DNA from: Octopus vulgaris
Taxonomy: Eukaryota
Direction: 5' to 3'
NCBI GenBank assembly: GCA_951406725.2
Contig: OX597817.1
Span: 19,220,001-19,284,000, forward strand
Length of the DNA stretch: 64,000 nt
Shown here piece after piece: positions 36,412 through 50,338 of the stretch. A program made the translations under genes and the position numbers. Each line of letters begins with the position of its first letter. The stretch's first letter is position 1. Under the pieces are notes generated by a model that saw only the letters and a program-made list of their open reading frames with translations, did not search any database and had not been told where the DNA came from.

Positions 36412-36785
36412 ATAAATTCTAATTTTCGGTTCTTCTTGAAAAAACGAACATATCAAAAATATTTTTAAAAGTTAATTGTAATAAAAAAGTTCGTAATTGT
36501 TTCTTACTAGTCTCAACAGAATCCACGTGGTGGTGTGTGTGTGAGCATAACGGCTGTCTACTGCGTTGACTAGAATCGTTGGCTGTCACTTTCACTATTA
36601 CAGCCAACGATTCTCGTCAACGCACAAGACAGCTATGAAGCTCCCACACACAAAACACCACCACGTGGTCTCTGTTGAGACTAGTAAGAAACAATTATGA
36701 ACTTTCATTTATTACACTTAGCTTTTAAAAATAGTTTTGAGAAGGTTCGTTTCTTTTTCAAGAAGAACCGAAACATTTAAAATCT
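36412..36785. repeat. Long imperfect palindrome (MITE-like fold-back), arms about 175 bp
   Basis: TTTCGGTTCTTCTTGAAAAA..TAATTGTTTCTTACTAGTCTCAACAGA..CCACGTGGTGGTG..GAATCGTTGGCTGT, a 13-nt loop, then the reverse complement with scattered mismatches. Confidence 0.92.
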
Positions 36786-36829
36786 CTAAGAAAAAAATTG
36801 TTTGCCACCAGGAAATTTTGTGACTACAA

Positions 36830-38750
36830 CAAACAGAAAATTCGTGAATGTGAGAAACGAAACCATTAGTATCAGAATGTAATTAGACACGAGAAGTGTC
36901 ACCACAATCATAAATGAGAATACATGGGAAGAAACGAGTAAATCAAAATTATATAATCCAAACAAAATAGTGTATGGTGTTAAGGGAAGAAAATTATATT
37001 TCACGGGCGAACGCGTTTGTAATATAATGTTCAATGGTTGAACCAAATAAATGATTGTTAGTGTTGAAAAAATCCATGAATTTATCTGGCACCGAAATTT
37101 TGGAGAAATTTATGGGATACACCCATAAACGTTTTGTGCAATAAAGTAAACGGAGCAGTCAAACGATCTAATGAGGTCGATGAACTGAGACAAAAAAACG
37201 AAAGACATTTCCCAAAAGTTTTTTCGGAAGGTTTAGGCTGATGCACAAAAGCAAACGCAAAGATTGCTATCAAAGAAAAATCAACACCTATTTTCAAGCC
37301 TAAATGTAACCTGCCGTTTGTAGCAGTAGACCAGGTCAATAAAGAACTAGAAAGGTTGAAAAGCCTAAATGTAATTGAAAAGTTTGACCATGCAGACCAG
37401 GCAGCACCGGCGGTCTATGTAAAAAAATAATAATAAAATAATTAGCTCAAGTAATCGACGAAATTGGAGGTACACCGAGCCCATGAAGGGCGACTGCAAT
37501 ACAAAATATGCCACTCCCAAAGAACGTGACAGTGCTTCAAGTATTCCTAGGCTTCGTAAATTATTAACAAGTATGTATCCCAAATATACATAGGGTAAAT
37601 ACACCACTCAATGAATTACTAAAAATTAAATGCCAAATGGGTTTCAACAAAGACAAGCCAGAAAGCATTTAACGAGTTAAAAGATGTCCTAACTTCAAAT
37701 TTGTATCTTACGCATTTCAACCCCAAATTAGAGATAATACTAGCTACATATGGTAGCAAGGATCGAATAGGAACCGTATTTTTACACAAGGATAACGATT
37801 GCAGGAGAAAGGCGATCGTTCACACATCGAGGACATTAATGCCGCCAGAAAAGAGTTATAGCCAGATTAAAAAAGAAGCGTTGGCTATTATATTTGGTGT
37901 GAAAATTTTCCACTGGTTCATTCACGGTTGACGTTTTTGGTTGCAAAAATCTCTAATAACAATAAATGGATCCAAGAAAGGAATCCCGACACATATGTTA
38001 AACATATTGCAGCGGTGGGGTACCTTTTTATTAAATTACGATTATAGAATGGAATATCTACCTTCAAAATTTGGGGCATGCCAATGACCTCTCTACGTAA
38101 ATTCCGGGAAATAATTACCCACTGGAAGACACCATAATAGCAGCGATAAAAGCGGAAGCAGAAACAAGATAAGTGACTTTATTTTATTTTATCTAGTTTC
38201 AGCTCACGAGCTGTGGCCATGCTGGGGCACCGCCATCGTGCGGGAAAAAACAGTAACTTTGGAAGAACTAAAAAGAAATGTGAGAAAAATATCAAATTTA
38301 TTAATGAGACAAAAATAAAACTGTGTTCGACAAAAGGAAATTAAAGAAATGTCTCATGCAAAGAACCGCCAAAATGTGAGCGTGTACTCTATATGTAATG
38401 GTGTATTAATGTACGCTCAGATGGTAGTCATTCCACAGACATTACAAAAGAGAATGTTAAAAGTGTTCCATGGTGTACCGGATATAATTGTCTCTGATAA
38501 CAGAACAACAGTTGATATCCTGTGATTTTAAAAGATTCTGCGAGATGTTCACGTTAGAACCTAAAACTATTACATCGTATCACCCTAGATCGAATGGAAG
38601 GGCCGAACGATTCGTAGACACTCTTATGAGAGCTTTAAAGAAAGCTAATAAGGAAGCCACGGACGAGGTTTCCATAAAAAATGCTTACGGTTATACAGGG
38701 TAACTCCGAACGCAAATGCGCCAGAAGGAAGTTCGCGCACGTGGTGGAGA
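36830..38750 (+). mobile_element. Gypsy LTR retrotransposon pol remnant (protease-RT-RNaseH-integrase)
   Basis: LDTRSVTTIINENTW (protease), PIFKPKCNLPF..ELERL (RT start), SRTLMPPEKSYSQIKKEALAIIFGVK (RNase H), VPDIIVSDN and YHPRSNGRAERFVDT (integrase). Large internal deletions; no LTRs recognised. Confidence 0.9.
38178..38237 (-). mobile_element. Short retroposon 3' tail inserted in the Gypsy remnant
   Basis: Reverse complement ATGGCGGTGCCCCAGCATGGCCACAGC..GCTGAAACTAGATAAATAAAATAAA resembles the tail of the 62021 SINE. Confidence 0.65.
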
Positions 38751-39104
38751 TGAATAAATTAGATTTAACTAGTTTATACATTCGAATGTATGTATATATT
38801 CGTGCGGATATATGTTGTTTGTATAGATATCTATAAATATTTCTGTTTATATACAATGGGGATATTATACTGATGACAACAGGTTTTTTTTTACATCCCT
38901 AAGCCAGAAATAGATGTATGATTAACACTTTAAAAAAAATCTTAGTTTTTATTCATCTGCTCGCTTACAACCTGTGCCAAAGAAGTGTCGATGTAGTCTT
39001 TAGAGCCATTTGCCATCTATTTTAGTGTTGGTGGCATTTATCAACAACCTTTAATATACTTATATTTATGTAATTTTTTATATATATATATACATATATA
39101 TATA

Positions 39105-39459
39105 TCTTTATATATAAAAGTGAGGTTGTGTGCTGTCTGTCTCCTACGATTTAGATTCCTAACTACTCCCACATTTTTCGGTGCAGTTTAACCAAAACCG
39201 GGTATCTTATAGTCGTGATTCATATCGAGCCCTTCGGTGTATTAGCGCGCGTCTACGATGAGTCTACGATTTAAAAGAAAATTACTATAATTTGTTTCGA
39301 TTTTAATGCATTTTTCGCTATTATATAAGGGAAGTAACTCTCTAAATTTATTTTTTCCATTTTAATGCAATTTTTTCCTATTTTTTGGCTATAACTCTCT
39401 AAAAATGCTTATATAGTTATTTCCCTTACAAACCCGAGCAACGCCGGGCGATACTGCTA

Positions 39460-39460
<1 letters not shown>
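39105..39460 (+). mobile_element. Non-autonomous Helitron
   Basis: A|TC start, subterminal hairpin CCCG-AGCAACGC-CGGG, CTAG|T end, inserted in (TA)n with no TSD. Confidence 0.85.
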
Positions 39461-39507
<47 letters not shown>

Positions 39508-39781
39508 ACATATTGTTTATATCTGTATATTTATGCGTGGAAGTGTTTGGGTATATCATTGTATGTATGTGTGTGTGGGTGTATGTGTGTTAAATAAGGG
39601 TTATTACTTTAAAGGTAATTTTAAATAACAACAGAATATTTACTAAGGGCTTCACCCATCCACCCTTAAGCATAATCAAAATTTATACTTAATTTTAAGT
39701 TCAAGCACACACACAAACCTGCACACACTCACCTACACACACACATACACCTGCTCACACTCACCCATGCACACGCTACTA

Positions 39782-39828
<47 letters not shown>

Positions 39829-40669
39829 TGTGAAAGAAGTGTTCTTTTCCTAAATTTATACACATCTGAAAACCTTTTCATCTTAATGATATTCATTTGG
39901 TTATTCTTTTTTTCTAGCTATTTCCATATTTGTCCTCAGTATAAATGTATGGATTTCTCGTTTGTTTTTCTACTCGACTTCAGAATGGATCGTTATGTTC
40001 AGAAATAATCAATAGTCGTGTTACTTTAATTTACTACTTCTTCAATAAAAACACACACGCATATACATTCACTGTCATACACACATAGTGAAGAGGATGT
40101 TAGTTCGGAAAGCTGTATAACGGCATTTCTTTGCCTTCTTAGATAATACTTCGAAATTTAGAAGCTCAAAATAGAATTAATATAATGACAAAACAAGTTC
40201 ATATAATCCATCTTTCGGTCTCTGATGATGTATTTCGGACTTGGTTGGCCTCTTTAACATTGTATAGTTTTAACGACTCCAAACAAGTTGTATTATTTAA
40301 CAATAGGCACAATCAAAGTGAAAAAAAGTGTTCTGAGATAAACAGAGACCCTTGCCATGCTTTTTGAATAGGAGGTTCAACGGATGGTTTCTTAGTGCTG
40401 TACATGTTATATTCTTAATTTGTCTAATAAAAAGGGTAAGAGTTGTCTACGGGTACTTGCAATCAACGCTGAATGGAGAGAAGGTTATTTAAAGAAATAC
40501 ATTTGGATGAGAATACGCACAATATTAAACCGCGATCAAAATTCATCTGCGGCGTTGAAAAATAGGTCAGATTATCTTTGTTTCGAAACTTGTTAGAGTC
40601 CGCTATTAAATGTTTTCATATCTTAAAATTATTACACACATGTGAGTGAGAACACTTTGAGATATTTTT

Positions 40670-40995
40670 GGTATCTAACATATGTCAGATACTGCGAGCG
40701 CTGCTTCTGATTGGTCAATCCATGGTGATGACCCGAGGTCACGGTGACGGCACTACTTTTGTCATCCATAAGTTACAACTAAACGTGAAGAATTTAGTCA
40801 TTGGGTTAATAAAATATGGTCGTTTATTCGTGTGTAATAAATAAAATACCAAACTCATTCCCTATGGATACCGTATTTATTACAACTCGTGGCTCGTAAA
40901 CGTATCTAACTCGCTTTCGCTCGTTAGATACGTTTACAAGCCACGAGTTGTAATAAATACAGTATCCATTGGCAACTCGTTTCGTATTCCCTATT
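40670..40995. mobile_element. Non-autonomous element with long terminal hairpin (Crypton-like, tentative)
   Basis: About 45-60-bp stem ATGGATAC.GTATTTATTACAACTCGTGGCT.GTAAACGTATCTAAC with loop TCGCTTTCGCTC (about 40845-40987); upstream TTCTGATTGG motif. Confidence 0.5.
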
Positions 40996-43167
40996 TATTT
41001 CATGTTATTTTATATTAGCTGTGTATGCTCATAATTACCTCACCTGTTAAGAATCTCTTCATCTCAGGGAATGCTGCTTGAATCTGTTATAACTTCTACC
41101 TATCAGAGATATTTATTGTATGCATGAATGAGGTATTGGAGGCTTACTAACCGTTTTGAAAAAGTATGGTTTTCACTTGATTTACACTTTGTATTACTCT
41201 CTGAGGCACAAACAACAAAGTTCACCTTGACAGGATTTGAACTCGTCATGTAGGAGTCTGCTGCAACTAAATATCTTAAAACATTAAGGTAATTGCTAAT
41301 GCTACTGCAACTATTTCTATCTATCTAATGTTAAGACAGGAAAGAGGATGACAATCACGGTAGAACTTGTGCAGTATAGCACGTAGGTAATTTCAAACAC
41401 TGTCATTTCGATAGTATCCTTGTGTTGGATAAAATATTATGAATGATAAACAGAGATCTACTCAAACAACAACAGCTTCCTTGTAACCTATATATTCCTT
41501 GTCCTCTAATTAATTTAATTATCGAAAACTGGAACCAATATTTGTTATGCAGCATTACTGGGGCAATAAAATGGGTACCTGTTATGTAAGTGGTTGATTT
41601 AATGTTCAACCATCTTCAATATCTCGTGATTTGTGCCTCCACGAAAAATCAATATTCTTAGTAAACACTGTTGCATGGGTAATATACACAAAGTTTCGCT
41701 TGCACACTAAATGTATTCTGTCTTCTACTCATTTGTTTTTACACACATTCTTATTTAAATTGAGAATCAATAAATAACAAACGATCATAGAAAACAACAT
41801 AACAACAAAAATAATAAAGCAATGAAGAAAAATGCTTGAAACCCAAACTTTATAAAAATATTGATTGTTTAATACAAATACTGATTTCTTTACAAATATT
41901 GATTTCGTTAAGCGATCGAACAATATTTGTATTGATTTCTTACATCAATACAGAACAAATATTTTATAACAGAGCAATCAAAGAAATAAAACTCAGTGTA
42001 TTACTGATATTTTATTCATAGAACATGATGTGATAAAATTTAAAGTAGACCTCTGGATGATATGACTTCACTATATAATTGGAAGAATCTAAGGATAACA
42101 ACATGGTTGTTTTATGGTTTCTAAATTTTCATTCGATTTATTTATATAGTTTTTGATGTTTACAAAACCTTACGTTTTAAGTAATGTGCAGCGCATACAA
42201 TGGATGCAGTTTATTACGACAGCTTCGCCGGTGTTAACGGAGTAGGTTCAGTTGTTTAACCAGAAGTACTGCTCAATTTGTTAGCATATGTGTCTGAGTA
42301 TTCAAAAAAAAAAAAACGTCTAATTCTCTGGTAGAACCAGGATGACTCAGTGTTTGACAAGTACATAGCCTGAAAAGTAGATGCAATCTTATCTATAGGC
42401 TTTCACACAATTCCCTGAAACAGAAAGGTCACGTGTTAGGATTTAGATGACCTGAAGCAACGCTAAAAGTCACCTGCTCACGATGCTGCGCAATTGGATC
42501 AAATCCTAGATATTCTGATTTCGAAGGGTATTTCTTATCCATTCACCCATACTCTGTCTACCTACTACTGGTGCCAATATAATCAACTGCTGGGATGTGA
42601 AAGCAAACAGCATCACCTGGCTGCACAGAAACTAGAGCCCGAAACATCGTAAAAAGATTATGTAGGAGTAAATATGATCGCAACGTATTAAATTTAACGA
42701 GTTGTAAGCATGAGTGAATTTTTAAATATTTAGTTAAATTTTGCTGAAAGCCAAAATATTTTCTTGTTTAGCCACTGTTCAGCTCTGAGTGAGCTGACCT
42801 ATAATCAAAAGCTCTTGAGGCCTGGTCATCCTCTGATGCTTTTTTTGTATGTGAGTAATTTATCTTAGATTTGGATACATTGCCCTGTGTCATCTTTTTT
42901 AAACTGATAAGGTTTAATTAGAGGCAGACGGCTGCTTTCCCAACAAATCTAGTTCAAATACGAGTGTTCTGTCGTAAATTCAACTTCTGTTGTCTAATAT
43001 TAAGTCATTGTTTAATCAATAAAATAAGTGATAGCGTTAGTAAAACATGAGGTATCGTAACTTTGCATATGTAGTGTAGCAGTGAACAGAGCTAACGGTC
43101 AGTGACTTATATTCCAAATAACTGCAATCTTGAAACGTACGTAGGAATGGGATATTTAAATTATCAA

Positions 43168-43399
43168 GGCGGCGAGCTGGCAGAAACGTTAGCACGCCGG
43201 GCGAAATGCGTAGCCGTATTTCGTCTGCCCTTTACGTTCTGAGTTCAAATTCCGCCGAGGTCGACTTTGCCTTTCATCTTTTCGGGGTCGATAAATTAAG
43301 TACCAGTTACGTACTGGGGTCGATAGAATCTACTTAATCCGTTCGTCTGTCCTTGTTTGTCCCCTCTATGTTTAGCTCCTTGTGGGCAATAAAGAAATA
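43168..43399 (+). mobile_element. tRNA-derived SINE family A, young copy
   Basis: GGCGGCGAGCTGGCAGAAACGTTAG..GAGTTCAAATTCC..GCCTTTCATC..GGGGTCGATAAATTAAGTACCAG..AAAGAAATA; TSD-like ATATTTAAATTAT. Confidence 0.92.
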
Positions 43400-43737
43400 T
43401 ATTTAAATTATGTTTTATCGTACATTCCAATATTTAAATAACATTATAATCTAAATAAAAGCTGCAAGCAAGAGGTAGGAATATGGAATTTACCTGTTTC
43501 TGTGACTTGCAGTTTAACTGAAATTCATTTCACGATTTTTCTTTAATATTCTGGATTTTAGTCCAAGCCGTAAGGTGTCACGATTACTCTCAGCATCAAA
43601 GGGAGCGCAAATGGGGCAGGGTCCTTAAACAATTAGCATTCCTGAAATAACAGTCTTAGAAACATACCGTTAGTTGAACATTCTGCTTGAACATTCGTCA
43701 ATGTTTCCCAGAGTAATCAATGGTAATATATGGTAAA

Positions 43738-43968
43738 GGCGGCGAGCTGGCAGAAACGTTAGCATGCTGGGCGAAATGCTTAGCGGTATTTTTTCTGCCG
43801 TTACGTTGTGAGTTCAAATTCCGCCAAGGTCGACTTGGCCTTTTATCCTTTCGGGGTCGATAAATTAAGTACCAGTTACGCACAGGGGTCGATGTAATCG
43901 ATTTAATACCTATGTCTGTCCTTGTTTGTCCCCTCTGTGTTTAGCCCCTTGTGGGTAATAAAGAAATA
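43738..43968 (+). mobile_element. tRNA-derived SINE family A
   Basis: Near-identical to the 43168 copy; TSD-like GGTAATATA. Confidence 0.92.
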
Positions 43969-44692
43969 GGTAATATAGGAGAGCATTTTCACTACTCAGA
44001 GTTATCAAAAGAAATTCAGAGGAAACAAAAATATAAATCAAACCAAAGGCAACTGAGAAATGAGTAATTTACAATTAGTCTGTATACAACTCATCATATT
44101 GATTCAAAATAGTCATGAAATTACTCCAATTTAAACATGGCACTTAAATGGAAATTATTCTTCTGGATACATTGAAAATTAAAAACAAATAATTTGAATG
44201 CATATGTTTCACTCTTTAATATCACAAACACGTTCTATCTTTAATTATATTAAAGTATTTCCATCATGAAGTCAGTAGGTCATAAAAGATATGAAGCACT
44301 TGAATTTGTTTGCATAAAATTTATGTGAGTTAAATGAATCGTCATATACCGGACGTATAATCTTCCTTTTAAAACGTTCCATACCGTAGAGCATTCGATT
44401 TGTGTACATCGGACCGTCTCTATTGCCCTTAAACTATTGTTGTAGTATGACATATGCGAAGAGTTTGGTAAGACTTCTCTATATCTCTCTCTCACACACA
44501 CACTTACAAAAAGAATGTGAGATGCTCTCTGCGTGGTGCCTAACAATTCTTACTCAATGATTGTGGTGATTCTATGGGAAAGAGGGGGGGCGTGACGGGG
44601 AGAGATAGGAGAAAGAGAGGGAGAGAGAGACTGACAGACCAAGGGATAGAGAAACAGAGACATGGAGAAAGAACTAGAAATCTAGAAAGAGA

Positions 44693-44936
44693 GTGAGAGT
44701 TAAAGAGAGAGAGAGAGAAAGAGAAAGAGGGAGAGATAGAGAGAGGGAGCTAGGTATAACGAGAGAGGGAGAGAAAGGAAAAAGACAGAGGGAGAGAAAG
44801 CTAGGTAAAACGAGAGAGAAGTGAGAGTTAAAGAGAGAAAGAGAAAGAGGGAGAGAGAGAGAGCTATGTATAACGAGAGAGGGAGAGAAAGAAAAAAGAA
44901 AGAGGGAGAGAAAGCTAGGTAAAACGAGAGAGAAGT
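44693..44936 (+). repeat. Tandem duplication of an about 120-bp purine-rich unit
   Basis: GAGAGTTAAAGAGAG...GTATAACGAGAGAGGGAGAGAAAG...GCTAGGTAAAACGAGAGAGAAGT occurs twice. Confidence 0.85.
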
Positions 44937-47110
44937 ACCGGTTCTAGGACGTGATTTGAACGTTATCAATCTCGGACATATTAGTGAGAGAAGCTGCCCC
45001 TACCGAGATTAGAACTCATAGGTTAAAGTGCCGGAGGAATTGTTGCAGGGCATTTATTTGACGCTCAAGGCTTGTATTCGACGTCACTCAACTGTGTATA
45101 ATAGAAAATGTATCCAACGCTTCATACCATTTCGCATTTTGAACATAATTTCATCTAATGAAGTGTGTTAAAATATTTAATAAAAAAAAGGAACCCCTTA
45201 CAACGCTATACTATTTTACGCATAAACTTGCATTTGTCAATGGGTAGGCCAACCTTTACGAATTTGCATATTTGGAAATTAAGAGTTGGAACATGTCATT
45301 TTACAGTTAAATAACTTTCCTATACCCCGAGCAATCAACTATGAGTAGTTAGTTGTTTCCATTTGCAAATTTTGCTAAAGAAACCAAAATAACATGCATT
45401 CATTGATGGCACAAAGGAGGAATAGCTAATACTATTCAAGTAATTTTATGTTGTGAACTATCAAATTTGAAAGAAAATCAGGGAAAATAGGGCAACGCTT
45501 TAAAAATACATATGGCAAAAAAAAAAAAAAGAGTATCAAAAATAGCTATATTTTTATGCGGTAACATGGTTAATAATTAGTTTATTCTATGATATTAGAT
45601 ATCAGCCATAGTGACTAAGATCAGGGAAGGAATAATGGTTATATTTGCTTCCTTCTCCAAATTATAACGGTTTCATTTTAAGCATTATTCATGATTTTTG
45701 TTTTGTGAATGTTACCAATAATTATTTTTTGCGAGAAATTGTATCCTGCCTTTATAATTGTTAAATAAAGCATTAAATTTGGTAATAAACAAACCTTCTC
45801 AATGTTTTATACAACAAGTGTTTTGGAAGAGCAAACATGTCAATAAATAAAACCAAATAATTTAAACCAAAAAATCTAGAATAAACGCATATTAATATCT
45901 TAATTAGCAACAAGGCTACACAGTGATGGGGTGGAAGGAGTCAGTTATTCCCCTCTCTATTAACTGCATTATTTTCCAAAGTGAATAGGCATATTAGAGA
46001 TTCAAAATTATTCTAAATATTCAGCTCACAACTCAGTTATGTAAACTACGATGTAGAAAATGTTTGAACTTCTGGCTAACTGAGAAACTCCAGAGTAACA
46101 TAACAGCAAATTTAATCCTATATAATATAGTAAAATTCAAATACACTGTTTTAAATTTCAAGACGCAGAGACAGAGTTGAAAGATTTCGTATAAGAAAAT
46201 AATCAATAAACAATGTTTCCTTTCCAAATAATTTTAAATTAAGCTTGCAAATACAAGGTTAAGTTGAAAATAACCTTGAATGATGATTACGTCAGTTTTT
46301 GTTTCCTGGGAAAAATGAAAAGAAAAAACACACATTTTCATCAGTATCAAAATTAAGTAAAACATCTAAATTTATAATTTCATTAAGGATCAAATACAAT
46401 GGTTAAGGTATTATTTATTTATTTATTATTTATTTAACTCCTCCCAAGAAGGAAATAGAGTAAGCATAAAAATAATATACTGCTGTTGTATTGTCTGTAT
46501 AAATGTAAATATTTGTTTTCTCGGCTTCCTTTCTTTAGAGTTTTGGAATGTTTGTGTAATTAATTACACTTAGTTGGTATCGGAGAAACAAAGGCTCCTA
46601 GAAATTTCTTTATTCTCCTTTTTCTTTTATTCTTGTTTTAAACTAATGTAGCCATCTTTGTTGAGTCTATATTTTATACATTTTAGTGAGGCTGATTTTT
46701 AGAAGAAATTTCATTGATACATTGTATCAAAATACATAGGTGGCTTTCCACGCCATTTCGATCATATAGTCTATCAACTGAACTATGTTCTACATCTTAC
46801 ATGAAATGTTGAGGACACTATTAACAAAAGTTATAAATATATAATATTTCCATTTATTTCAACAATACATTGTTTTAATAGTAATTTTGTTTAATCTCAG
46901 ACGTTGTCTAGGAAAAGAAAGAGAAACTACCGTAGAGCTGCTGGAAAGAGTGACAAATGAATTCATGAAAAAATTTACGTTTATCCTTTCAAAGATTTGA
47001 AAGAATGAAAGAAAAGACTAAATAGAAAGCACAATATTTCAGAAACAGGGAAATATTTTATTGTCACTGTATTATCACCATCAGTCGTTTAATTAACATT
47101 CATCTAAAGA

Positions 47111-47149
<39 letters not shown>

Positions 47150-47739
47150 TGTATATAAAACTAAATTGATTTCCAAACGTGGTATATAAAACCACGCTGT
47201 GCCACAATGTTAGAGATAATTCCAACTGTCAATGTTCAGTAGTAAACACACTATTATGTCTGAAGTTATAATCATGCATATCCCGGAGGTGCGTTCTAAA
47301 AAAATGTAACAACTTCGTTTTATTTGGAGGCAATATCGTATTCGAAGTTTGGTTGTATTTATGTTATCTGTATCAGATTATCATTTATTTCAAACAACAC
47401 AACACGTCAAGCCGAACAAGAGTTATACTCATCACTAATCTTATACCTCCACCAGTTTTTCTCTCTCGGCATAACAAGACTACTGAATCTTATCAATTCC
47501 ACTAGTCTAATATCAATTTCAATTCCATCCCGTATAGCAAATTCAACATATTGTGCCAATGGAAAAAAGAAACGTGTGGTCGCAAGTTTCTAGTTGCTTT
47601 ACGAGCATTTGTATAATATGTAAATGAAATTTATAATACTTGGTATAAGAAACAAAGCCTCAGAGATAGGATTAGCCGAGCGCTTGGCTTCGGCATTAGA
47701 CACATTTAAGAAATACACAAGCATCCATCCATTCTTCAT

Positions 47740-48500
47740 GCCAGATAAAATTCTAACACTAGAAATGAAAAGACACGCAATCATTGTTGACGTGTGTGCG
47801 GAATCCAGATATTTAGAAATTGATAACTTTCTAAATATTGCAAGATATTTTGTACACAGAGATTGGACGGAAACAAGGCACGTCTGGTGGTGATATATCG
47901 AAGAGAAAAACAATCATGTTAAGGTTTCGGACATTATAAGGACATCGCAATTCAGCCAAAGTATACTAAACATTACGGATGAGAAACAATCAACAAGGGC
48001 CATAACCAAAGAAATTTGTGGGACTGAGTGGATTATCACAACTGTGTTGCCCGAGGACATTCGATACAAGTATGTTCTGAGGAGAATCCAATTCGTGCTT
48101 GCTGAGATACACGAAAACCGTTTGATCCGTGCGGAGTAGTTACTTAGCAAAGGTTATAATCCTTATGACCATGACATGCTTTGGTACTTCTCTGATGAGA
48201 AAAACTTCGACCAAGACACACAATCTAAAAGATAAAACGACAGAAGTTTATGTACAGAAACTTCTGATGTTCTGAGAGTGAGGCAACTGTGATGGTTTTA
48301 GGAGAGATAAGGGAAGTCATGTCATGATTCTTCTTATCTTTTCAAGAGTTTCAGAATTAATGCTATAAGATACGCTAAAGTACTGCAGGAATTTATTAAG
48401 CCCTGAGTTGATGAAGTACGCATTCATATTTCACCAAGGCTCCGAAACTTCTAACAGACCCCATGTAGCCCAAGATGATGTTACCCAGTCTTTACGATCA
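47740..48500 (+). mobile_element. Tc1/mariner (DD37D/maT-like) transposase remnant
   Basis: EMKRHAIIVDVCAE..LEIDNFLNIARYFVHR; EDIRYK..ENRLIRA; MLWYFSDEKNFDQD; FIFHQ. Frameshifted. Confidence 0.8.
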
Positions 48501-48922
48501 CGTAATGTTAAACGTGAAACACAGAAACACGTCAAATAAGGCTGCGAGTTGGTTGAAACGTTAGCACGTCGGGCGAAATGCTTCGAGCAGGAACAAACAT
48601 ACAAATATCTCCGAATAAATGAGGGCTCTGGCATTCAGCATTCAAATATGAAAGAAAAGATCAGGCAGGAGTGTTACAGGAGAGTTCGAGCAGTCCTAAA
48701 ATCCGAGTTAAATGCGCGTAACAAGATGTTATCTATAAATTATTTACAGTTTCAATGTGTTGAACTGGAATATGTGAGAAATAAGGAAGATTGACAGGAA
48801 AATCTGCAAGCTGTTGAATTACAATAAGATGCACCACCCAAAGGCAGACACAGATCATCTTTACCTCCCCAGAGCTCAAGGAGGTCGAGGCTTGATCCAA
48901 TTTGAAATCTCCGACAAGAGAG

Positions 48923-49150
48923 ATGGTTAAGAGGGCGGGTTGCTAACCCCAAGATTCTGTGTTCGATTCCAGGCAGTGACCTGAATACGATTACTAATAA
49001 TAGTAACACCGAAAAAATACCTTAGGAATGGGAACCCAGGTTCGAAATTTCCCCAAGACACCTTATGAAGCCGGGAGGCTATATCATCCAAAACGTTGTG
49101 TTAACAGCAAACAAGATGAGAGTAAATATCCGTCAAATGTAAATAATGTA
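48923..49150 (+). mobile_element. Composite SINE: tRNA-like head + HHR-like tail
   Basis: TGGTTAAG..GCGGG-TTGCTAA-CCC..GTTCGATTCC (B box), AAT-like linker, then GACAC-CTTATGA-AGCCGG..TCC-AAAAC-GTT-GTGTT (core mutated). Confidence 0.8.
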
Positions 49151-49622
49151 AATAAGACATGGCATAGTTGGCCAATATCTATCTTGGGTAAAGTGTCGGC
49201 ATTATAAAATCAAAACTGCTGGCAAATGGTACAAGCACCACCCTGAGGGAAGAGATGTAACTATTCTTTGGTGTTTCCCAGATTTCTTTGGGACTTTGAT
49301 GGTACAGACCGGACCATCAAAGCAAGAACACCAGAAATTGTTATGAAAGACCAATAGAATAAAGTCTTTTGATTTACATGAGTATACCTTGTGACAATAA
49401 TATATCGGCAAAAGAATTTGATAAGCTCAGAAAATATAAAGATTTGCTAATGGAAATCAAAAATATCTGGCATCTCAAGACGGTTACAATACCAGTGACT
49501 ATAGGAGCACTTAGAATGATCAAAATCAAAAAAAGGAACTGAAGATTATTTAAGAATGATCCCTGGCGTGCGATCCATGCAGGAAGTGCAAAAGATTGTC
49601 TTCACAGGTACATCACATGCAA

Positions 49623-49853
49623 GGCGGCGAACTGGCAGAAACGTTAGCACGCCGGGTGAAATACGTCGCCGTATTTCGTCTGCCGTTATGCTCTGAGTTC
49701 AAATTCCGCCGAGGTCGACTTTGCCTTTCATCCTTTCGGGGTCGATAAATTAAGTACCAGTTATGCACTTGGGGCGAGGTAATCGACTTAATACCTATGT
49801 CTGTCCTTATTTGTTCCCTCTGTGTTTAGCCCCTTGTGGGTAATAAAGAAATA
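49623..49853 (+). mobile_element. tRNA-derived SINE family A nested in the Dong remnant
   Basis: Full copy with TSD AGGTACATCACATG / AGGTACGTCACATG. Confidence 0.92.
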
Positions 49854-50120
49854 GGTACGTCACATGTATTGAGTACTCAGAAGAGCATTGTTGCTGTGAA
49901 TATTCTTTCCTTTCCCCCCTTATTACTTGTTTACTTTTTTACTTTTTCCTTTTCCTCTCTGTCTTCCCCCTTTTCTCAATCACATGACTTTATAAATGAA
50001 TAATCTGGTGAGTTTGTCTTAATGGCCTACAAATATATATTCAGTACGTTTCTCTGCCCTAGTTATCAGGAAGACACTCGGCCGGAAGTGGAAACAGAAT
50101 TGAAAGAAGATGCTAATGAA

Positions 50121-50122
50121 AA

Positions 50123-50200
<78 letters not shown>

Positions 50201-50223
50201 TACTACTACTAATGCTGCTGCTG

Positions 50224-50280
<57 letters not shown>

Positions 50281-50283
50281 ATG

Positions 50284-50338
<55 letters not shown>

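Larger units (their letters stand above)
48583..50120 (+). mobile_element. Old R4/Dong-type fragments, interrupted by two SINEs
   Basis: EQTYKYLRINEGSGIQHSNMKEKIRQECYRRVRAVLKSELNARNK and later MQEVQKIVFTGTSH are homologous to the 16783 ORF. Ends at a (TAC)n/(AAT)n tract. Confidence 0.85.
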
